Source: Saccostrea echinata
Taxonomy: Eukaryota
Assembly (NCBI RefSeq): GCF_033153115.1
Contig: NW_026889751.1
Location: forward strand, 17,918,001-17,982,000
Direction: 5' to 3'
Length of the DNA stretch: 64,000 nucleotides
In this document: positions 12,901 to 25,735 of the stretch, piece after piece
Position numbering within the stretch: the stretch's first letter is position 1
Layout: every line of letters begins with the position of its first letter
Position numbers and translations under genes: made by a program
The notes under the pieces: model-generated
Databases searched by the model: none
What the model saw: the letters and a program-made list of their open reading frames with translations, nothing else
What the model was told of the DNA's origin: nothing

Positions 12901-15900
12901 TTCCTTTGAAGTCAAGTGTATACACCGATGGGCGGACCCTGCCAAAACTGTGCCGTGTAAATAAATTATTGAACACCAAGGCGATTTCAACATTTTAAAT
13001 TACATGTATATTGAATCTGAATTACAGAATGAAACGGGCTTTGTTATATACAGAGACAAAATTTCGAAATGTTTTTACGGAACTCTGCAAATATTCGATC
13101 CACCGCATCGAGAAATCAAGTTCTTGACATGAATTCCACAAATAAATATCTTAAAATATCACACCTATTGTAATAGAACCTTTTAGCAGGATATACGGTA
13201 CCATCTTTGCTGTATTCTTTGCTCAACTAGAATAAAGTTCAGCTGTACTGCATCAATAGATGAAGAGTTACTAACACAGCGTTTTGTTCATGCCACAGCT
13301 CTCGAATATGTCAAATGATCAACGGGTATCTTTTTTTCTTGATTTTCGATTAACACCTGAATTTCCCTTCTTCAACTTCGAATTTTACATCCTTGATATC
13401 CAAAGGTTTCTTATGAATTTCATTAACAATCCGTTTTTATATTAAGTTGAAGAGATGCAATCAGACGTCCTTTCTCATGAACACACACATAAAATGTGCG
13501 AATTAAAAAATACTGGCGGGAAGGAGAGAGTATCCATGCGGTCACCTGACAAAAACTATTTTTTTATTGGTGTAATGAAAAGTCATGCTTGAAAATTTGG
13601 AACATAACAATTATTGACGTTTTGATTGGCCATGATACAAGAAAGTTACTGAATATTTATTATGGTGTATTCTGATTTATTTGGACGAAGGGGCGGAGAC
13701 TCGTGCTTCGCACTCGTCACCGCCCTTCGTCCAAATAAATCAGGATACACCATAATAAATATACAATAACTATTACCTGTACTTTAATTGAGTGAAGGTT
13801 TAATGATAACAGGTTTATTGTCCTCTCTCTCCTGCCCCCTAAGGCCCCTTGGGTATGATACATAAATTTATAGAGTTGTGTTAAGTAAAAGTTTTGTACC
13901 TTCTCCAGTTAGCCTCGAAAACTTAAATAAACTTACATTATTATCACATTATATAGAATATTTCTCGTTTAGGTTTGGGAAAGTGTTTGATTTTACATGT
14001 AGGGACTAATTTCATCATGGGGGTTTTCTTTCAATATAATAAAAGCTTCTGGTCTTGTTCGATATTTTTAGGCACACAAGGGTCTTTTAGGTTCAAATAT
14101 AAATATAATTCTACAAATACAAGTCTAAGTAAATAAACAAAACTAAACTAATTAATTAATTAAATAAATAGGTAAAATGAAATGCAGATAATTTTAGCAT
14201 AGCTTCAGGATAAAATTGTCACAAAAGACATTTTAACTTGACAAGATTATTAGGAATATGCGCATTTATTCCATTGAGTTATCTGTCTTATCAGAGGGTT
14301 AGTGAACCTTAAAATAAGATTATGCAAATTAAATTTCCTGACCTTTTACAATTTTACTCCAGTAACTTAGTTTGACCAAATGAATAAATTATAGGTTCTT
14401 AAATTGTTACAGTCATGCAGGCATATCGGGACAGGGCTGTGGATGTATTTTTGTATTTTGGTTGGGAAGGAGCATTGATCAATGGTCAAACAGTTAGGAA
14501 AAAATGCTATAATAAAAGATTATGTAAGTTGGGGCCTAATTTTTGGTCATTGATGGTTTCTGTTGTGTCTCTAAGTGGGAAAATAAAAAAAAAAGATTTA
14601 TAATTTAACTCAGGAAAAAATTGCTTTAGTTCAAATTTTAATTCACGGTTCTTAAACTCACAAAAGGTAATATGTTTGGGAAACTGGTTTTATTCATCAT
14701 GAAATATAAAACATAACAAAACTAATCATAAGGCAAGATTTACTATTGATCTGCTATGCTAGCAGATGCAAATTCTTGGGGTTGAAAGGGGGAGGGGGTT
14801 AGACATATATTGTTCCACGGACCTGAATTGAATAGAATCTGATCCATTTCCTGCAATGTTTTGTATGTTGTTCTCAGAAATGAGGCTACTGGTTTGTTAA
14901 AGACAGCAATTCTACAAAAACTGCTGACACATATCATGCATATATCTAATGGGCTTTCTTACTGTCTACACTGTTTTGAAATTTCCATTAGCATGCGCTC
15001 TTGAAGATAAGCAGCAATGACAGCTAGAAATTAACATTGTTTTTTTCTAAAATTAATGATATTCAAATAAAGATCTATTATAATGTATTTTATCGCTTCG
15101 TTATGAATACCGAGTAAAAATTTTCATTCTTTACGAAATATTCAGCATTAAAATGAAGTAGAAAATTACATGCGCTTTGCAATTTCAATTCACACTAAGT
15201 GACATTTCTACCTAAAACAAACTGACAGACAACTTACGGTAAAGAAGCAGTGTCCGGTTTTCCTTCTGTTTGGTCTCTCCGGAAGTAAGTTTCAAAGAAA
15301 TGTAGCTGCCAATCAAAACCGTAACGTGTTCGATAATTCTTCTCGTGTGAGTATTTGAAAGTTTTGGCGTCGATGTAATCAAGGTGACACATTGCGATTG
15401 TTGCTTTGTTGTCCATGATTTCCACCAATAAAGGCTGTAGCCTTTAAAATGTTCAAAAATCCTTTGAAGTCATTACAAATACATGTACCAGTGGAGGAAG
15501 TTTGCGCTATTTTTGGGATTTAATTTTCGAAAGAGTTGACATGTAAACACGGCAAGTAACTTATTTGAAAAGTTCTGAGGACACCAAAAAATGGTTGTTG
15601 TAGGAGGATAATAAATTACAAGCATACTAAAATGTTTTGTTTTATTTGATGATGTTTTATGTATTTCCAGGAAAAAAAAGTGGTTTTACGGGCCGACCCT
15701 TTCAAAGCATTCTGATAAATGTGACATTTGATGAATTAAGCCTTAAGGCATTTAAGTTAAATGTAATCATTAAACGACAAGGAGAACAAACATACATTAT
15801 AGAGTTAAATGATCCATGTAAGCAACATGTAGATTTACGAGTTCTTTTCAAAACTGGTCATACACTTTCGACCTCTAACCATGTAAAATTGTAAAATGAT

Positions 15901-17768
15901 ATGAACAATTGTAATATCTTCCTAAAATGATTTTCCTTTTTTTATTTAATATTAATAATAATTTTCAAATAGTTAATTTTTTTTCTCGAAATGGTTCATT
16001 GTTTACACAAATTTCTGATGACTTATATAAATTTACTTGCATTTTAAATTGTTTGTATGAAATCAAAAAGACCTGAAATGAAAAGCAATGGAATTTCCTT
16101 TTTAATTGCTGGTCCTTAATTTCTTCTCGCATGTACATATATAATAATATTCTAAAAAATAATTTCACACAATTGATTTTTTTTCATCAAAACAATTTAA
16201 AGAACTTTTTTTTGTAAATTTCTTATTTTCTAATAGACATTTTACAATGTAGCCAAAACACAATATAGATTAATATGTACATTAAGTCTAAAATCTATGA
16301 AATTCAAACACTTAATTTTCATAATTCACCAGTTCTATTTCGTTTGGAGAAAATGAGGCATATGGCATTTTATATCTGAGCGTAATCGGGGTTTTAAAAA
16401 AAGATATTCAAAATATGAACAAAAGGCAACATACAATACACAGGAATGAATTAATATTTGGACAGCAGTGTTCAGTTATGAACTATAGTAATAATTAAGC
16501 AAAATTAATTACATGTACCAGTTATTGTTGACCTCCATGTGACTATCCAGGAACACAACAACTTCTGACTTGACCTTGGACAGCCCGTGTAGTCGGGCTC
16601 TGATCAATCCATGTCGTTGTTCCAGTCGGAGGTATGTTATAGGAGAATTAGGTAGATATGTTTGTAGAAAATGGGGGCCTTGGAGAGTCTCCCGTTCTGT
16701 ATAAAACAACACATGGGTCTGAAAAATATCTTCACAGACAACAACTGTACACATACATGTAAACGTAGACACGGGTATATGCATATGCATGCAAGTGCAT
16801 CATTATTTACACATTCTTGAAATATTCATAAACTTTTGAAGTTTTAAAAACAAAAAACTATATAATTTCATGTGCATTAAAATACAGTGACGTTGCGCAC
16901 GGTGTTGGTGTCAAAAAGTCAAAAAATCCATTGTAGCATTTGCGCTATTTTTATAATTTTGATTATTTGTGTATGAAATTAATCCTCTGGCAATTTAGCA
17001 AGGTATGCACTTCAAAATAAAAAAATCTGTTGCACATATCCATTTCAAGCGAAAAAGATCTAAACTAAAACTGATTCAGTGAATATGCAATAAATAAACC
17101 TCGGCAATCTTACCCAAGCTCGCGTCGTCCACAAGTATGATTTGATCGAGCAGGTGCGCGGGAGTTCGCTGTATCACAGAGTACACAGTGCGTACTAATA
17201 CCGAAGGCCACTCGTTGTGGTATGTGATCACTATGCTGGATTTGGGTAGGTCCTTAGGCCATGCTATGCTGCTGCAACTGGAAAATATGGTACAAAATAT
17301 TAATTGATCCTAGCTAAATATTTTGATCCAAAAAGATTTGAGATCTAGACTTCCGTATACATGTGGATTTTTTTTACACTTTGAATTAAATGTTCCTTTG
17401 TCGTTCAATTGAAAGTTAAGGTGCATGACGAACGTAAAAATGTTTAACCTTAAAGGTCTAGAGTCAGGAACTGGACGATTTACTGGGATTCGGTCACTGA
17501 GGAAAACATTCATTTTATATTTCCTCCTAGGGTTTCCCTGGTCTCTGGAGATGTTCGCTAAAAGCTGCTCAACTTGGGATTCTTCTTTAAGAGTATTGGT
17601 AAAGAAAACTGCGTCAGCTTGAATAGGGATATAGATATTCTCGGTGTTTGAAGGGCGTTGTCCACCTTTCATAAGCCACAAAATGTACACAGCCGCAATG
17701 ATAAATGAAGAGAGCAACAGAGTTTTCTTCTTGCGGTATATTTGTTGTATAATCCATTTTTTAACCAT
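5920..17768 (-). CDS. GALNT: Polypeptide N-acetylgalactosaminyltransferase (GT27), paralog A; 8 coding exons found, 3' part of the ricin lectin domain not found in the window
   Basis: Exons (minus strand, GT-AG, phases consistent): 17768-17449, 17277-17114, 16696-16519, 15441-15238, 9685-9568, 8430-8245, 6268-6128, 6024-5920 (472 codons, no stop). Features: N-terminal TM helix, [35 protein letters not shown] (DxH), [41 protein letters not shown], first lectin subdomain. Intron positions match the plus-strand paralog. The start Met could alternatively be 17795. Confidence 0.93.
6300..7681. mobile_element. Foldback-type non-autonomous element with TGTTACAACGC termini and arrays of ACGCAAAATGTAATA subterminal repeats
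   Basis: Terminal inverted repeat TGTTACAACGC (6300) / GCGTTGTAACA (7681). Many direct and inverted 15-mer copies at 6300-6555 and 7390-7681. No clear TSD; TGT..ACA ends suggest Ginger-like (inference). Confidence 0.7.
11459..11630 (+). mobile_element. G/C-tract MITE fragment (CATAGGCGTCGGAA ... GGTTCCGAC)
   Basis: Inverted GTCGGAA/TTCCGAC ends and poly-G/poly-C interior, resembling the 18379 and 51311 elements; right end truncated. Confidence 0.55.
13653..13762. repeat. Long imperfect palindrome (~50-bp arms)
   Basis: TATTTATTATGGTGTATTCTGATTTATTTGGACGAAGGG..GTGCTTCGCAC..CCCTTCGTCCAAATAAATCAGGATACACCATAATAAATA. Confidence 0.9.
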
Positions 17769-18378
17769 CTCTCTTGAATATGTATGCAACATCAAATGCT
17801 GTTGTTATGAAACTTTACAATAGTATTTCATGTCGATTCATTAAACCCTGTATACATACAAAATGTACCCCACGTTATGGACATCCACCAACAGGTGTAA
17901 ATATGTTGATCACCAATCATCTCTGTGTAGTAGAGGCTGGACTATGCTTCATTATTTTCCTTATAAGGAGTAAATATCGTTAATTTCTCACATTTGTTGA
18001 TGAACACACTTAATAATATTTACCTTGCCCAGGTAGATTACCTACTTTCATTTTCTCATTAGAACAAGAAAGGTAACTCTGCCGGGTACCCCAGGTCTAA
18101 AAGTATGGATAATTTTTGAATTACATCCCTTGCAATGCATGTACCTGATGTAAGTTCGAAATGCAAATTGGTACTGACTGCTAAATTATATATATGTGCA
18201 TGTATATGTTTGATTGGAGTGAAAATTTGCACACTTCAAAAATAGCATTTCCAATACAGATTTAAGTATTCTGTATAAATGTAAATAATATAATTACAAC
18301 ATACTTAATATTTAAAATGCTATCACGTTAGTCGGTCTTATGATCTATAAGAAAGAGGTTGCGGTTTCCGATATTTGA

Positions 18379-18620
18379 CATGGCCGTAGGAACCGGGGGG
18401 GGGGGGCGTGCCCCCCTCCCTCCCTCCCAGTAATTTTGCCAATATAGAATACTATAGAAAACCTAGCTATTATATGGTTGTGCCCCTCAATAAAAACGGC
18501 TGATGACCTTTTTTTTTTAGCTTGTCAAGGAATTTTGGTGTAGTTGTTAGTGCCCCCTCCAACTGAAAATGTTTGGCTGTGCCCCCCCCCCCCCAAACTG
18601 AAATTGCTTCCTCGGGCCTG
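18379..18620 (+). mobile_element. G/C-tract MITE, 5-bp TSD (TTTGA)
   Basis: Termini CATGGCCGTAGGAA / TTCCTCGGGCCTG with TTTGA on both sides; same family as 51311-51563 in the opposite orientation. Confidence 0.8.
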
Positions 18621-18944
18621 TTTGATAAGCTGAAGTCTACATTCTTAGTACAGATGTTTCTTTAATTCCGTTTGAAAATTTATGTTAATCTCCCCCCCCC
18701 AAAAAAAAAACAACGCATAACCGTAATGTCTTTGAGGCTTTCATTGGTTTGCATATATCGTATCATCACATCAGAAATTGTACGAGCAACGCGCGGGGAT
18801 AAAATTTTATGTGATTTATGAGAGACCCTTTGGAGACAAAACAATTTGCTCGATGAAGGTGGAGGTTAAAAAAGTCGGGCTATACATGTAGTGTACAAGT
18901 CAGTGGCATTATAAACGATTTCAAGAAGGGTTACATGTATGTGA

Positions 18945-19200
18945 AAATGCACCCTGATTGTCCAGACCTCGCCCCATGGATTTTCTGTTTCTCAAATCAA
19001 GTCTCAGGGGGCATAAAATTGATGATTTAGAAGATGTACGATTGCATGTTACAAGTCTGAAGGATATTGACGAAAGTTGATACAGAGATGTCTTAGCTGC
19101 TTTTTTGTAATATGAAATTCATATTTGAATCAAATTCTTTTACAAGTGGGTTAAAAGACATCAGAAGTATGTCGAACTTAGTGGTATACTTTGAAAAGGG
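18945..19200 (+). mobile_element. Decayed mariner transposase C-terminus
   Basis: Broken frames give HPDCPDLAPWDF...LRGHKIDDLEDV...KWVKRHQKYVELSG.YFEK, matching the mariner HPPYSPDLAPxDF...W..R..KC....G.YFE pattern. Confidence 0.65.
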
Positions 19201-19799
19201 GTGAGAATGATTTTAATGGTAGACCGGAAGTTTTCTTGATAAATATGTTTCTAAAGTTGTAATTTTACGTAAAATAGTTTACATAAGAGTTACATGTAAC
19301 TTCCCTCTGCAATACTTGTCAGTGTATTATAAAAGCCTGTGTAATCATAATAAATGTTGGTAAAACTTTTATTTTAAAGTACATTAGTACATTATTACTG
19401 CGACAAACGGCTTTTAAAAAATATTTTGAAATAATAACTTTGTCTACGAATACATACATTGGCAGATTTAACAGCTGTTTAGAGGGAGCTAGAGCGCACC
19501 CCCCCCCCGTAAATTTTACTTAAATATGATTAAAAATAGAGGAATTTTAAGGTCTGCATAGATTTAGCAGAAGGAGGGGGTTGTCCCTCACATTCCAGGA
19601 TTTTTCAGTGTTATATAGTAAAAATTATACTGAAACAAACACTGAAAACAGTATGTGAGAAAAAAAAATGTTTAAGTTTTTCCCACCCTCCGCTGTTTTT
19701 ATTATTTTTTTTTTATTAGCCCCACTTTAATTGTTATGATTCGCCTTTCTTGAAGGTTCTTCGGCATAACCGAAAACGTTAACTTTTTCTACATTTTAC

Positions 19800-20166
19800 C
19801 ACAGGTACTTGTTGACAGGACCTCCCCCCCCCCCCCCCGATATATGACCCCGGGCTTGCTGGAATTTTATTTTTTACAATTTATACTTATTACACTTCGT
19901 TATCATGTATATCATACAAAAAATTGGGTTAAAACTCAAAATAACCGTTCCATACAAAAAATATCTCACTATATATCTCTCTTATTACATGTATGTATAG
20001 TGAGGTATTTTTTGTATAGAACGGTTATTTAGAGTTTTAACCCAATTTTTCGTATGGTATACATGATAAGGAAGTGTAATAAGTATAAATTGTAAAAAAT
20101 AAAATTTCAACATATCGGGGGGGGGGGGGGTTGAGGGGGTCCTGTCCAGAAGTACATGTACCTGTG
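19800..20166. mobile_element. Hairpin MITE with CACAGGTAC termini, inverted repeat over almost its whole length
   Basis: ~170-bp arms (CACAGGTACTT..GACAGGACC.. / ..GGTCCTGTC..GTACCTGTG) around a short central spacer near 19975-19995. Confidence 0.8.
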
Positions 20167-23100
20167 CATTTCACATGGAAAGTATATACATTGTAATTAT
20201 GTGAATATTTATTTAATGTTAGGTACCATAGCTATGTCATGTAATAAACACACATGCAAGATTAAGTATAACGTGGTTTTGCTAACATGTACTTGTGCAG
20301 TAAGGTCGGTCTCGATAACGAATACTTGACTGTGCAGCCCCGCAATTTCATATCACAGTAAACGAGTCAGAATGTACTCTCATACACTGTACAATAAGAC
20401 AGTCTCTCTTTTAGCACGAAGCAAGGATTGACGACCGTGGAATAAATCGATAAAGCAATTCCACGTTAATTGATTTTTTAAAGTCTGCCTACAGCGGCTT
20501 TTCTCTGTGATGTTCTTGGACTGAATACGTGCATGTGTTTTGAGATGGCCCCTATTTGGGGAGGGAAATGCACTTGTCTATTTTTAACCATTAAGGGGTC
20601 TTCTTGCACTGCATCACTGAGGTTTTTATCTTTAGAGTAAACAATGGACGGCAAAGAACAGGTAAAGACCAGGTAAGACATTTTATACAATATTTCCTAC
20701 TGCATTTAATGATCAGACTTGTCCATGGTACTTCAACAAAAAATACTCAGTGAACGCTTTTTGAAAATTTATGAATCACACATCATAATCTGTTCAAAAC
20801 GGCTTCATTTGGGCCCGACTAACAGTTACATATTGACCCCTATTATACATATTTTTACTACTCTCAAGTCTGTATTGTGTATTGAGATCAGGCACTTTAT
20901 CGGTTTACAATGCAGTTAATAAAACGTTGTGTGTGATAAATGCACACTGGTACACATTGTATATGTGGCCACACACACACACAAACCACTTCCAACTCAG
21001 ATTTACACTTTTTTCTTACCCCAGCAAATTTTGTAATCGGAAAGTGGGATAGAAATTTGTATACTGAAAAAAAAAACCCATTCTAAATATTGACTTCTGT
21101 CAAGGATAGGTATTTAAAGGTAAATGTATATTTCCATACCCATTAATTATATATATAGTATACATGATATGGATTTGATTTTCGATTTAATTGTTTTTTT
21201 TATACATTTGATAAAGCAGAGCAAAAGTTGGTTTTGAGTTAAAGTTGAAGACAATTACTCTCCATATATTTGTGTAATTTGCTAAATATGTATTATGTCA
21301 TCTGACTAAATAACAAGAAAAGATTTATTTTAACATGATTCATTGATGAAATATTTTAAAGTTGTGTATTTGAAAATGAAAATTTAGATAATCTGTGCAT
21401 ATTATGCTACATTTTTTATTACCATGTGAAGTGTCGTCCTCTGTTTACAAAAATAGATATGTAGAAATTATTCATAAAACGGTTGGGATTTGGCGAGTCC
21501 CTCGTTATATATTCAAAGTGGACAGGTAACTAGATGTCAACAAAATGACCTTAGCTATATTTTATTTTGTATATACATGTATACATGAGTATACTACTGT
21601 CTCAACGTACGTGACCCGGTAATGTGTGGAAGCAGTTAAGGATTAACACAAAATATACATAAAAAGTATATTCTTTCCAAGATGATTAATGAGAGGACTT
21701 ACATGAAGTGTTAGATAGTTATCTAAACCAAAACATAGTTGGTTGTAAGGTTTGCACTACAGTGTCCGGGTTAGATGTTGAGGAGTGGGAAGTTTGACAG
21801 GTGGTCTGGCTGTCCCAAGCCCCTGTGAAGAATTGATTAGCCTCTCAGGTTATTTTATCTATTTCGGGACTTCATTAACAACGATAAGGTATGTTGATAT
21901 GGAGTGAAGGTGTTTTGTGCTGTATCTGTAATTATTTATGTACTTTTAGTCCTTTTTTTTCCCTTTGACGATTAATTCTCTTGCAATTGTTAAAGTTCAT
22001 TACCTCCTGCACATCGTACATTTATCACAGTATGTGTAAACCCTGTGAGAAGATACAGTCATTGTTTTCTTTTGAAATGAAAAACTCGAATCGGATTTAA
22101 AATGTCAAATCATTTTAAATGTGAAAATTATTCAATTTTGAAAAAAGTTAACTTCTGTTTGTGAACAAAGATCTTCTGTGGCTAATGCTTTTCATTAAAT
22201 ACACCTGCGTATAATGTTAAAAAAACTTTTCCTGTTGAAATGCAATTTTTATTGTATAATTTATTTCATATTGATAATTTTACTATTTTAAAAAGAAGGG
22301 GGTATGGGTCATATAACGTGAAACTAGAAATTTGTATACATTTATTAACTACAAGGAATGACATTTTTTTCCCAAGAGAAACTTAAAATTCCCTCATACA
22401 AGAAGTTTAACGACAAATCATTCCCATTTGCCTAATCTGTTATACACGTGAGTGCCCCTTTTCTATTGCAATTGTTAACACGTTGTATATCAGTTTCAAT
22501 GCGATCACTCTTTATTAAAGTGCAGTCCTTTTCTTTGATTTTGCTTGCTAACGAGGATATATGAATGAAATACCACAGTGTGCATTTATAATTAATCCTT
22601 CTCGATTTAGAACTTTAATGTGCGAAATAACGTGCTTGCACCAGTGAAAAAAAAGTTTATACATGTTTTAATATTTACTAGATGTCACGTACATCGTGTT
22701 CCTGCGTTTCTTCAATTGTTAAATGCATACAAGTAAAGATGTATATACAGCGTACGATTGAAAAAAAAATGAAGAAAATTCAGGTGACTTAATTTGATTC
22801 AGGTGATTAATTTAAGGAACAATTCGTTATACAACACTTTGGATTTGTTAAACAATTAACATATGTTAATGCTCGTAAGTTTTTTAGGGAAAAAAAATAG
22901 GTACATGTACGCTTGAATGCGTGAAAATTTGTGACAGTTACCAAGATAAATGCATACCACTGTGTCTACAATTAATTTATTTATTTTTTGAAAAACGGAC
23001 CACAAAGGCTACTTTGCATAAAGTGTTCCTAACCTATTATGAAGTTATATTTGCTAAATAGACAGAAGTTTCTATTCTTTGTATTTGTTTTGTTTTATAT

Positions 23101-23496
23101 ATCAGTGAGACAGACTTGTAGAGTGGATACCCACGTACTTGTGTTATTTGAATAAGCCCGGAATTACAAACACTGTAATGCGGAAACTCCATATTAATCC
23201 CTACTATAAGACGTGTTTTAAATGTGTTATTATTAGATTTCTTGACAGTAGCTATGCCCCCCCCCCCCCCCCGGAAGAATCCGACGTTTTTCCCTTCCCT
23301 GACTGATAAATAAGAAATATCATTTGACTTACAATTACTATTAGTATTTAAAAGTCATAGGAAAAAGGCTTGTTTTTAAAATGAAATTATGTAATGTGAA
23401 ACATACAACTTTATAAAATAACGGATTATGTATTTATTGAAGTTATCACAACACGTGTATCAATCGAACACGTGTTTACTTACGCGGGTATGTTAA

Positions 23497-24478
23497 GGCT
23501 ACACCCAGAGATATACTACAGTGACTTGCTTCTACAATATGACGTCATAGTAAGCTGTATGACGTGAAGTTTAGAAATAATGATTTCTTAATATCTAAAT
23601 TTTAAGTTTAATTTCAGGTCCAAGAAATGAATGGAATCATTCAAAAGCATAATATAAACAAAATCATGTCGTTTTGGGTGGTATAAACAGCTAAGGATTT
23701 ATCACGGGGGTTAAATACCAAACCCATGACGTCATAACAATTGATCAAATATTTGCCGAGTGAAAATTAAACGTGACGAGAAGTCATGTAAACAAATATG
23801 TAAAATGGGAGTTTTAAAGCATATACCGTGAATGTTATGTGTGATTCATAAGGAATTAAAGATTAAGAATCAGGTACGCTGATATATTCTAATCATGTTT
23901 TCCTATAATGAACACAGGCAGTGCTTTAAAATCCCGATCAGCCTTTCCTCTGTCGTTCTATAACAACAAAGTTACAAAAGTTCACCACTACGCCGCATAC
24001 TTTGAGACATATTTTTTGTTTGTATCGAAAGCTTGTATTCTATAGTACTTGGAAAGTCCTGCTAGAATCGTGTGATTAACATGAATTGATGACAATTCCT
24101 TGATCGTTTGTACAAAATGTAATAATTTTGGTAAGGTTTCATGCGAAACTTTGAAATAATTTTTTCTGTGTCGGGAGAGTAGGATTCTAGCAGCACTTTT
24201 CATGATCCAGTGATGTTTTTACATAATTATTTTCACAAAAAGAATTCAATTATCCCCGGGGTAGTGTTGAACTTTTTACTTTTTCATTAAGGCAATTTTT
24301 CTATTTATAGACGTCACGTGATGACGTCGTAGTGGAATGCTTCTTTTAGCCTAAAACTCAATGACGTCTATACAATGGATAATTATAGTAAATGTTTTAT
24401 CTATGGCTTTTCCGATTTATCAATGTTACATTTTACGAAAAAAGTCTAAATTCTCCGAAATATGATCTGGGTACTGCC
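23497..24478. mobile_element. Kolobok-like non-autonomous DNA transposon (TTAA TSD)
   Basis: TTAA|GGCTACACCCAGA ... TCTGGGTACTGCC|TTAA, with internal TGACGTCA repeats. The superfamily is inferred from RR..YY termini plus TTAA. Confidence 0.65.
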
Positions 24479-24650
24479 TTAACATACCTGCGTAGTGTTT
24501 GTTATGTAGACTGTCATTCTGATTGGTTACTGTATTTTTAGAATACCTGTTCTACAGTATTCTTTTAAAGCACGCACGCTTTACTCTATATAATAGTTTA
24601 ACGCCATTCGAAGGCTCTCTCTCAGTGCAGTAAGACGTTTCCCCGCCTAC

Positions 24651-25227
24651 CATCGTCGCAAGCCACGGGTTTTGTGTCCATTCTATTTCCACAAACCCGT
24701 GGCTGTCTCCTACAAATTTCTCTCGTTCTCATGAATATTGATAACATACATTCAACAAATGGAATAGCATCTGACGCTTCAAGTCAGAACCAATGAAAAT
24801 GATCAGTCTATCTTGTACTTGGGTGTAACCATAACCACGAGCTGTACATCAACTTCGGTTCGAATTCCCTTTCTTTACGAGTAACGCTATTCAGCGTTCT
24901 CACGCAACGTCTACATTCGAAACCCTGTATTTTAATGTAAAATCTTGTAAGTATTTTAAAATATACGTTACTCACCTCTGTTCTTAAGGATCTATCGTAT
25001 TTTTTTTTCAATAAATCTGCCACGCATAGCAAACATGATTTCATTATGGGCGCCGCCATTTAAGCGTAATCAAAAATTGCTACAGAGTGATTTCATTGGT
25101 CAAGGTAAATCTGGCGTCACTTAATAAATATTCAATGATTCAGTCGCGAGAACGAGAGAATTTGGTAGGAGGCAGCCACGGGTTTGTGGAAATAGAATGG
25201 ACACAGAACCCATGGCTTGCGACGATG
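24651..25227 (-). mobile_element. Internally deleted DNA transposon with ~80-bp TIRs and 9-bp TSD (Mutator-like), retaining an N-terminal CxxC..CxxC ORF
   Basis: TIRs CATCGTCGCAAGCCACGGGTTT.. / ..AACCCATGGCTTGCGACGATG; TSD CCCGCCTAC at 24642-24650 and 25228-25236; ORF 24808-25059 MAAPIMKSCLLC...FECRRCVRTL. Confidence 0.85.
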
Positions 25228-25735
25228 CCCGCCTACCTGCCCTCACAAATACCATCTTTGATTTGATCAATTATATGTTTTTGTTTTTGTAGATATATAA
25301 GAGTTGCGACGATGGAAAGTTGTATTTGAATATTAGTTTGTAATATTAAACTGCACTTACGAGAGCGCTTCTGTACATATATACGTGTTGTTATTTATTT
25401 TATGAATTATTCGTGTTCGTTTGAGTAGAAACGAATAAGAACATAAATTCATTTTTTTATCTTTCAGGTTGACTTGGCAGTAGGGAGCTAAATCAGTCCA
25501 TTACACGGGTGGATTGTAACATTGACATCTGACTTGTCATGGTCCATTGATTTTACATAGTAAATCTCCGGAGGTCTGGTTTAACATGTGTAATAGAGAT
25601 TTAAACAATTCACCTAAACAACACTTTAGAATTCTGTGATTGAAAGAGTGAAAATGAAAGAAGAAAAAATGTGATCTCGTGAAGTCTGATCCTGTTTTTT
25701 TTTCTTCTGGAATTTAACTGTACTTTTAATGGACT

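Noticed and set aside
12400-13450. Possible decayed coding sequence next to the 13653 hairpin
   Set aside because: Slightly coding-like composition, but no frame gave a motif I could identify; it needs TBLASTX.
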